From: an uncultured Bacilli bacterium
GTDB taxonomy: Bacteria > Bacillota_I > Bacilli_A > RF39 > UBA660
Assembly: GCA_947632495.1 (NCBI GenBank)
Contig: CANRPL010000001.1
Span: 997-64,996, forward strand
Length of the DNA: 64,000 bases
Direction of reading: 5' to 3'
How positions within the stretch are numbered: position 1 is the first letter of the stretch; every line of letters begins with the position of its first letter. Below are positions 57,592-64,000 of the stretch, piece by piece. Made by a program: the position numbers and the translations under genes. A model generated the notes under the pieces. The model was not told the DNA's origin, did not search any database, and worked only from the letters and a program-made list of their open reading frames with translations.

Positions 57592-60187
57592 TGAATATGC
57601 GGTAAATTTATATAGACATAATATCAATAGCTATCAAACGATCAAAGAAACATTCACTAGTGGTGAAAAGGTAGTGGGTATTGTCCATGCCACAGGAACG
57701 GGTAAATCGTATAATGCTTTACAGTTAGCTTATGATAATAAAGATAAAAAGATACTATATGTCGTTCCATCTTCGGGCATTATTGAACACATCAAAAACC
57801 TTATTGAAGAAAATCCTAATTTGAATTTAAATCGTGACTTTCCTAATTTATCATTTCGTACATATCAAAGTTTTGTAAATTTGAGCGCTGATGAAATTGC
57901 ATCCATTGCTTGTGATCTTTTGATATTAGATGAATTTCACCATATTGGTGCGCCAATATGGGGCGCTCGTATTCAGACGCTATTAGATACGCATCAAGAT
58001 CTTCAAATTTTTGGTATGACAGCTTATACGGTAAGAGATCGTGGAACTATTTATGAAAGAGATATGGCCAATCCTGATACTGATGAGTTGTTCTCAAAGA
58101 AGATTGTTAGTCGTTACGATTTATGTGATGCCATAATAGATGGTGTATTACCTAAACCTATTTATAAAAGCGCTTGTACCAATCTTTATGATATCGTTAA
58201 CGTATTAGAACAGAAGATGGAAGGCCTTAAATCATTAAGTGAATATCCAGAATATATTAAACTTTTAAATGATGTTAAAAAAAGGATTCATGAAGCTCCT
58301 AGTATACCTAGTGTGTTAAGTAAAAATATTAAGCCTAATGGCAAGTATATTTATTTTTGCCCACCAGTTTCAGAAGCGGGAACTAATGATATTGAAACGA
58401 TAAAAAAACAAGCCTATGAATGGTTTAAGGGCTTTGTTAAAGAGGAAGATATCGTCTTTTACACTTCTACTAGTGACATGGGAAAAGAAGGCGAACTTAA
58501 TCGAGATGCCTTTTATAATGATATATCTTTAACTGGTGAAAAGGTTGATAATAAATTACGTATTATGTTTGCGATAAATCAGTATAATGAGGGTATTCAT
58601 GCTCCTAATATTGATGGTGTTATCATGGGTAGAGGAACAACTTCAGATATCGTCTATTTTGAGCAATTAGGACGAGCTCTAGCGGTTCGAGGTAATACTA
58701 AAGAAATGATTACAAAATTAGAAGCTTATTCTTACACTGATTTAGTAGATATGTGTCACCGACGTGATATTAAAGTAACTGATGACCTTACTAAAGAAGA
58801 ATTAATCGAAAAATTAATCGCACCAGTCGTTATCGATTTAACTAACAATTTTAGTTTTATTAAAGAACTTGAAGATCGTTTAAAAGAACGCGTTAGAGAA
58901 GTTCAAAGAAGAGGTATAGGTACTCGGGATATTAAAATAAGTAATGCTTATTTTGATATTGAAGTTTTAGATATCGATTTATATGAAGAGTTAAAGTACC
59001 TTAATGATAAATTAACTAGAACATGGGAAGATTGGTATCGGTATGCGAAAAAGTATTATGAACATCACCATAATTTAGAAATTCCGCATACTTTTAAAAC
59101 TAATGATGGTTACACTTATGCTGAAAATGGTGTCATTTCTTTAGGAACATGGATTTCTTATCAAAGACGAATAACGCCGCCTGATTCACCAAAGGGCCTT
59201 TTACTTGGCCAAATTGGCATGCGCTTTACAAGGAAAACTTTACCATGGGGTGCATCATATGCGTATGCGAAAAAGTATTATGAACATCATCATAATTTAG
59301 ATATACCATCTAAATTTCGTACTAATGATGGCTATACTTATGATGAAAAGGGAAGCGTAAATTTAGGTTACTGGGTTTATGAACAAAGAGAACATTATAA
59401 GAATGATAATATGCCTGAACAACATATTGAAGCTCTCCAACAAATAGGCATGCGTTTTGGGCGAAAAAGACCTTCATGGGATTTTATGTATTCTTATGCT
59501 AAAAAGTATTATGAACATCACCATGATTTAGAAGTACCAGCTCGCTTTAAAACCAATGATGGCTATACTTACGATGAAAATGGTGAAATTGGTTTAGGAA
59601 CATGGATATATAATCAGCGTAAAATGAATATTAGTGATACCGAACATGGTAAATTATTAGCGCAAATAGGGATGCGTTTTAATCGTAAAATGACTTCACT
59701 ATCTTGGGAAGAGTGGTATGGCTATGCTAAAAAATATTATGAGCATTATCACAATTTAATGGTTCCTTTTCAGTTTAAAACTAATGATGGTTATACTAGA
59801 GATGATAACGGCTCGATTGTTTTAGGTGGTTGGATAGCTAATCAAAGACGCCTACTTGATCCAAATAGTGAGCGTGGTGCCTTATTAAAACAAATTGGTA
59901 TGGTTTGGAATGTTAAAAAGAATCGGGAAGAAGTTATGGAAATATGCCGCTTAAATGATATTGCTTATGATATTAATAAGCATCTTTTAGATAGTATTAC
60001 AGTCCAAGAGTTAACTTCTAAAATAGCCTATTTAAAAGCTCATAATTTAGAACTTACCAATAATGATGGCGTGTTGCATGAAATTTTTGGCATGAGCAGT
60101 GTCGATATGAAAGAAAAATATGGATTATCACTATCGGATATGATTAAAGAATATGGCGGATTAACCAAGGGGAAAATATGTTTTTAG
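57581..60187 (+). CDS. SF2 helicase (DEAH-type) with four C-terminal helicase-associated (HA) domain repeats
   Basis: Walker A HATGTGKS and motif II LILDEFHH. C-terminal ~70-aa repeats each contain YAKKYYEHHHNL..P..F.TNDGYTYDENG...LG.WI..QR...IGM.F.RK. ATG 57581 is chosen inside the TTG-initiated ORF 57560. Confidence 0.75.
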   Translation: MMNSEYAVNLYRHNINSYQTIKETFTSGEKVVGIVHATGTGKSYNALQLAYDNKDKKILYVVPSSGIIEHIKNLIEENPNLNLNRDFPNLSFRTYQSFVNLSADEIASIACDLLILDEFHHIGAPIWGARIQTLLDTHQDLQIFGMTAYTVRDRGTIYERDMANPDTDELFSKKIVSRYDLCDAIIDGVLPKPIYKSACTNLYDIVNVLEQKMEGLKSLSEYPEYIKLLNDVKKRIHEAPSIPSVLSKNIKPNGKYIYFCPPVSEAGTNDIETIKKQAYEWFKGFVKEEDIVFYTSTSDMGKEGELNRDAFYNDISLTGEKVDNKLRIMFAINQYNEGIHAPNIDGVIMGRGTTSDIVYFEQLGRALAVRGNTKEMITKLEAYSYTDLVDMCHRRDIKVTDDLTKEELIEKLIAPVVIDLTNNFSFIKELEDRLKERVREVQRRGIGTRDIKISNAYFDIEVLDIDLYEELKYLNDKLTRTWEDWYRYAKKYYEHHHNLEIPHTFKTNDGYTYAENGVISLGTWISYQRRITPPDSPKGLLLGQIGMRFTRKTLPWGASYAYAKKYYEHHHNLDIPSKFRTNDGYTYDEKGSVNLGYWVYEQREHYKNDNMPEQHIEALQQIGMRFGRKRPSWDFMYSYAKKYYEHHHDLEVPARFKTNDGYTYDENGEIGLGTWIYNQRKMNISDTEHGKLLAQIGMRFNRKMTSLSWEEWYGYAKKYYEHYHNLMVPFQFKTNDGYTRDDNGSIVLGGWIANQRRLLDPNSERGALLKQIGMVWNVKKNREEVMEICRLNDIAYDINKHLLDSITVQELTSKIAYLKAHNLELTNNDGVLHEIFGMSSVDMKEKYGLSLSDMIKEYGGLTKGKICF

Positions 60188-60489
60188 ATAAGTATTTAGA
60201 TGATGTATATTTAGATTTAATTTATGATAATTATGATGAAAAATATTTAGCTATGATCGATGAAGAAAATTTTAAGTTGATATATCAATTATTAAAGACT
60301 CATAATTTTTACTTTATCGATGATATTATCGTCAAGTATTTAGAACTATTTACGCTAGACCAAGATGCGGTTAAAGAGGCTTTAAGTATCATCAAAAATA
60401 ATCTTGGTGCGGATTATGTTCAACAAATTGGTAGTGATATGACTATTATCGATGATATTATCCATATCGCTTCACAATATAATTTTTAA
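60178..60489 (+). CDS. Small acidic hypothetical protein (103 aa), coupled to the helicase
   Basis: Its ATG overlaps the helicase stop, with a GGGGA RBS. Confidence 0.45.
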   Translation: MFLDKYLDDVYLDLIYDNYDEKYLAMIDEENFKLIYQLLKTHNFYFIDDIIVKYLELFTLDQDAVKEALSIIKNNLGADYVQQIGSDMTIIDDIIHIASQYNF

Positions 60490-60519
60490 GGAGATTATTA
60501 ATGATAATCTCTTTTTATA

Positions 60520-60558
60520 TTGACATTTATCTATCTTTTTAATATAATGTTAATAACA
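60520..60558 (+). promoter_or_regulatory. Consensus promoter (TTGACA-17-TATAAT) with an overlapping palindrome TGTTAATAACA; candidate NrtR operator for nadD-pncC-nrtR-nadK
   Basis: -35 at 60520-60525, -10 at 60543-60548, and a palindrome at 60548-60558. The CTTTTTAATATAATGTTAATAACAGGAG stretch matches the pncA promoter at 26 of 28 positions. Confidence 0.55.
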
Positions 60559-60579
60559 GGAGTTAGAAGAAGGTGTTGT

Positions 60580-61164
60580 ATGCGGATTGGTATTTTTGGT
60601 GGATGCTTTAATCCACCTCATAAGATGCATGTTTCATTAGCGTTAGAACTTATTGGTAAGTATGTTGATCAAGTTATCTTTGTACCCGCTGGTGACCGAT
60701 ATCAAAAAAGGGGATTATTAGCTAATGAAAAACGTTTAGAGATGCTATCTTTAGCGCTAAAAAAATATCCTAATTTAAGTGTATCATCCTATGAGCTCAA
60801 TACGGAGCTTACCTATACTTATCAAACACTAGATCATTTTCAAAAGGAGTATCCAAATGATGAAATATACTTTATTCTAGGAGCAGATAATTTAGATGAG
60901 TTTACTACTTGGCGTAATTATGAATATATATTAAAGACATATAAAATGTTAGTCATTAAAAGAGGTAATTATGATTTAAATGAATTATGTCAAAGATATG
61001 ACAAGTATTTATCTAATATTATTTTTACTGATGTAAAGCCTCATTTAATATCATCTACTTATATTCGTAATCATTTAAATGATCCAGATATTGGACAATA
61101 CCTAGATTCTGATGTTTTAAATTATATTCAGCAAAATCATTTATATGAAGGGAGTATGAAATGA
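60580..61164 (+). CDS. nadD: Nicotinate-nucleotide adenylyltransferase
   Basis: MRIGIFGGCFNPPHKMHV (the (H/T)xGH-class motif) and VIFVPAGD. RBS GAAGAAGGTG. ORF 60520 is trimmed because that region is the promoter. Confidence 0.85.
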   Translation: MRIGIFGGCFNPPHKMHVSLALELIGKYVDQVIFVPAGDRYQKRGLLANEKRLEMLSLALKKYPNLSVSSYELNTELTYTYQTLDHFQKEYPNDEIYFILGADNLDEFTTWRNYEYILKTYKMLVIKRGNYDLNELCQRYDKYLSNIIFTDVKPHLISSTYIRNHLNDPDIGQYLDSDVLNYIQQNHLYEGSMK

Positions 61165-61628
61165 AAGAAGTAATTGATTTATTAAGAGATAAAGGATATA
61201 CCGTTGCGACGATGGAATCCTGTACAGGTGGAGGTATCGCTAATGCGATTACCAATATTGAAGGCGCTAGTGATGTTATTAAGTTTAGTGCGGTAACATA
61301 TGCGAATGAATTTAAAGAACGCATGGGAGTAAGTAAAGATACAATTGATACTTATAGTGTCTATAGTGAAGAAGTAGCTAAAGAGATGAGTTATCAAATT
61401 ACTAAATGGGCTAATTCCAATTATGGGGTCGGTATTACTGGTAAATTAAATAATGAAGATGTTCGCAATACTCGGGGTAATTTAAATACAGCTTTTATTA
61501 GTATTTATGAGACTATGACCGATACTTATTATACTTATAAAGTAGATGTTAAAGGGGATAATCGAATAGCTAGTAAAGATTATCTTATTGCCTTTGTTGT
61601 CGAACGTTTAAAAGAAATATTGAAATAG
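61161..61628 (+). CDS. pncC: CinA C-terminal domain protein / NMN amidohydrolase
   Basis: VATMESCTGGGIANAITNIEGASDVIKFSAVTYAN matches the CinA_C family. Confidence 0.8.
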   Translation: MKEVIDLLRDKGYTVATMESCTGGGIANAITNIEGASDVIKFSAVTYANEFKERMGVSKDTIDTYSVYSEEVAKEMSYQITKWANSNYGVGITGKLNNEDVRNTRGNLNTAFISIYETMTDTYYTYKVDVKGDNRIASKDYLIAFVVERLKEILK

Positions 61629-61637
61629 GAGGTAATT

Positions 61638-62462
61638 ATGTATAGTAGTGAAGAAGAATTTTTAAAAGCTTATGATCCTAACAAGTTTGAACGCTTATCA
61701 CTTACAACAGATATTTTAATTATGAGTGTATCTAGTGAGAAAGAAAACAATTATCGTAAATTAAGTAAAAAATATTTTAGTATTTTACTTGTCAAAAGAG
61801 ATAATTATCCTTTTAAAGATATGTGGTGCCTACCTGGTGGTTTCGTTAAGATTGATGAAAATTTAGAAGATGCTCCTAAACGTATTTTAAAAGATGAGAC
61901 CAATCTTCATAATATATATTTGGAACAACTATATACCTATGGTGATGTTAAACGTGATCCTAGAATGCGTATTATCAGTACTTCTTATATGGCGTTAGTT
62001 GATAAATCAACGCTAAAGGATTCTTTAGCGCCTAATGCTTCATGGTTTAATGTTACCTATCTAGAAGATGAGAAAAATATCGATGTCACATTAGATAATG
62101 GAAAAGAAACAATTAAATTTAAAATTGGCAAAACTTTAAAAGAGTTAACTACCGATCGTTATAAATTTACCATTTTAGAAAATGATAAATTAGCTTTTGA
62201 TCATCCTCTTGTCATTGCGGCTGGGGTAAGTCGTCTTCGAAATAAAATAAATTATACAGATATTGTTTTCAATATGATGCCAGAGTATTTTACGCTAGGA
62301 GAATTACAACAAGTTTATGAAGTCATTTTAGGAAAAAAACTATTAGATCCTGCTTTCCGTCGAATCATTGCTAATAAAGTAGAAAAGACCAATAAAGTAC
62401 AAAGTGGTGGTGGCCACCGACCTTCCGCTTTATTCAGGTATAAAAATGCGAAGAAAAATTAA
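61638..62462 (+). CDS. nrtR: NrtR-like Nudix-related transcriptional regulator of NAD metabolism
   Basis: N-terminal Nudix-like domain (LLVKRDNYPFKDMWCLPGGFV...APKRILKDETNL) fused to a C-terminal winged-helix-like domain (FTLGELQQVYEVILGKKLLDPAFRRII). It is embedded in the NAD gene cluster. Confidence 0.6.
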   Translation: MYSSEEEFLKAYDPNKFERLSLTTDILIMSVSSEKENNYRKLSKKYFSILLVKRDNYPFKDMWCLPGGFVKIDENLEDAPKRILKDETNLHNIYLEQLYTYGDVKRDPRMRIISTSYMALVDKSTLKDSLAPNASWFNVTYLEDEKNIDVTLDNGKETIKFKIGKTLKELTTDRYKFTILENDKLAFDHPLVIAAGVSRLRNKINYTDIVFNMMPEYFTLGELQQVYEVILGKKLLDPAFRRIIANKVEKTNKVQSGGGHRPSALFRYKNAKKN

Positions 62463-63249
62463 TCGTGTATGGTTGTACTATAACGATAATGAAGTATCTA
62501 AAAAAATAGCTGAAGAGACGGAAGAATTGCTTCGTAAATATCATTTTGCGATTGTTGATGAAGATTATGATTTAGCTATCGCTATTGGTGGGGATGGTTC
62601 TTTTCTTAGAATGCTTAAGCATACGAATTTCAAAACTGATACTTATTATGTTGGTATCAATGCGGGAACTCTTGGCTTTTTACAAGAAATTAAACCAGAT
62701 GAAATTGAATTATTAATTGCTCGTATTAATAATAATGATTTTAAAAAAGAAGAACTTAGTATTCAAGAAAGTATTATTACAACAAAAAAGGGTGTCGATA
62801 AATTTTTATCATTAAATGAAGTTGTCGTTCGTGATAAAAAATTAAATGTAACTTATTTCAATGTACTGGTCGATGATATTTTACTAGAAACTTTTGCTGG
62901 AGATGGTATTTTAGTTTCAACATCGATTGGTTCAACAGCTTACAATTTAAGTTTTAATGGCAGTATTGTCTATAGTGACTTGCATACGCTTCAGATTACG
63001 CCAATTGCACCCTTATTTAATAAAGCTTATAAAAGTTTAGTTAATTCGGTTATTGTTCCTGAAAATAAGGTTATTAAAGTAATTCCCGTAAACGCCAAAA
63101 ATCAATTTATTATCTATTATGATGGAACCGTTAAATCATATACTAATGTTACCTCTATTGTAACGAAAATTAGCCGTAAAAAGATATCTTGTTTACGTAT
63201 GAATAATTATAGTTATTCGACAATTATTAATGAGAAATTCTTAAAATAA
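62446..63249 (+). CDS. nadK: NAD kinase
   Basis: GGDGSFL motif and DGILVSTSIGSTAYNLSFNGSIV. ATG 62446 with an AGGT RBS; ORF 62404 overlaps nrtR. Confidence 0.85.
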   Translation: MRRKINRVWLYYNDNEVSKKIAEETEELLRKYHFAIVDEDYDLAIAIGGDGSFLRMLKHTNFKTDTYYVGINAGTLGFLQEIKPDEIELLIARINNNDFKKEELSIQESIITTKKGVDKFLSLNEVVVRDKKLNVTYFNVLVDDILLETFAGDGILVSTSIGSTAYNLSFNGSIVYSDLHTLQITPIAPLFNKAYKSLVNSVIVPENKVIKVIPVNAKNQFIIYYDGTVKSYTNVTSIVTKISRKKISCLRMNNYSYSTIINEKFLK

Positions 63250-63272
63250 AGAGTTAACAACTCTTTTTTTAT
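63249..63272 (+). terminator. Rho-independent terminator after nadK
   Basis: Stem AAGAGTT-aac-AACTCTT followed by TTTTTTT. Confidence 0.55.
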
Positions 63273-63305
63273 GAGTAATATGCTATAATTGAGATAGGTG
63301 GGGTT

Positions 63306-64000
63306 ATGAAAAATAAGTATTATGATTATGGTGATGGTATTATTGCGATTGAAGCATCCGGTATGGGTAAATATGGTTTACATATTGTCGTCGATGCTCA
63401 TCGTTTGGCAATGATTAATCAACAAGCTGGTTGTTGGACAATTATTAAAGAAGAAGATATGTATTATGCAGCCATCGTAGATGGACCAAATATTATTTTT
63501 ATGCATGATTTAATTGTCTCACCACAAAGCTCACTTATTGAAGAGAAATTCATTAGGCCTACTTTAAGCGATACTTTAGTAACCAATCCTTTTTCTAAAG
63601 GAAAGGTAGGACATCTTAATCATGATGGCTTATGTAATTTGGATGCCAATCTAATCTTAACAGATGGCTATTACTCCTTTACTCGTGCTATTCCTGATTA
63701 TCAAATGTATAAAACCCCAATTATTGAAAGACTAGATGACGAGCTAACTGGTAAATATAGTTTATTAGAACTATTAAATAGTGATGATCCTAATAAAGAC
63801 CATTTTATCCAAGAATATATTGCATTTTTAGATAGCGTTAAGGAAGACTCTTTAGTTCGTCGTCTTCATTTATTTGATGGATATTTTACATTGACTGAAA
63901 AATATAAAAAAGGAAGTCTTGATACTGAAACGTTAAAGACATATCCTAGTGGTTATAATGATCTATATGAAGATGTTGAGTCAGCTAGGTATCACTATAC
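63306..64000 (+). CDS. Hypothetical protein, 5' part (the gene runs past the window end)
   Basis: Extended -10 TGcTATAAT at 63279-63287 and GGTGGGG RBS. MKNKYYDYGDGIIAIEASGMGKYGLHIVVDAHRL...; no domain recognised. Confidence 0.4.
   Translation, partial: MKNKYYDYGDGIIAIEASGMGKYGLHIVVDAHRLAMINQQAGCWTIIKEEDMYYAAIVDGPNIIFMHDLIVSPQSSLIEEKFIRPTLSDTLVTNPFSKGKVGHLNHDGLCNLDANLILTDGYYSFTRAIPDYQMYKTPIIERLDDELTGKYSLLELLNSDDPNKDHFIQEYIAFLDSVKEDSLVRRLHLFDGYFTLTEKYKKGSLDTETLKTYPSGYNDLYEDVESARYHY

Noticed and set aside
1-64000. CRISPR arrays, rRNA genes, IS elements, integrases, phage structural genes
   Set aside because: No direct-repeat/spacer periodicity, no rRNA-like conserved stretches, and no ORF with transposase DDE, tyrosine or serine recombinase, terminase or capsid motifs was found on either strand.

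Overview
The window is AT-rich (about 30% GC), gene-dense, almost entirely + strand, and reads with the standard bacterial code. It looks like a low-GC Gram-positive chromosome (Bacillota); the Erysipelotrichia or Clostridia lineage is a guess. No transposase, integrase, CRISPR array or rRNA was found. It opens with the 3' end of an aminoglycoside phosphotransferase APH(3') gene and a polytopic membrane protein. Next come three tandem paralogous ~500-aa uncharacterised proteins with a tRNA-Gln(CUG) between the first and second, then a short Ppx/GppA-family protein. An FtsX-type ABC transporter pair follows, then a convergent LCP (LytR-CpsA-Psr) gene, a coiled-coil protein, a tandem-HTH XRE regulator, two lipoproteins and an antisense tRNA-Gln(UUG). 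A metal module follows: XRE regulator, then divergently a P2-type ATPase and ZIP transporter. After it come dinB and a cell-wall block (alpha/beta hydrolase, MurF with an N-terminal membrane extension, Ddl, GT2, DUF3048, HD), then tRNA-Arg(CCU), an O-antigen-ligase-family membrane protein and a repeat-containing surface protein. A second cluster holds an Sfp-type PPTase, VanW, a DltA-like adenylase, a DltC-like carrier and a GDPD-like protein, with no dltB or dltD in the window. A dNTPase-like HD protein heads a run of six uncharacterised genes, followed by 5-formyl-THF cyclo-ligase and a HIT-like gene. The NAD salvage and biosynthesis regulon is split into two blocks, pncA-pncB-nudix-nadE and nadD-pncC-nrtR-nadK, whose promoters share a TGTTA-N-TAACA palindrome. 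Between the two blocks lie a 1228-aa vWA surface protein, a Prs-like PRPP synthetase, and a three-gene operon centred on an SF2 helicase with four tandem helicase-associated (HA) repeats. The strongest candidates for something undescribed are the triplicated paralog locus, the HD-led hypothetical operon, the orphan adenylation/carrier/PPTase/VanW/GDPD cluster, and the HA-repeat helicase operon. Every functional call is inferred from motifs read by eye; no database search was run.
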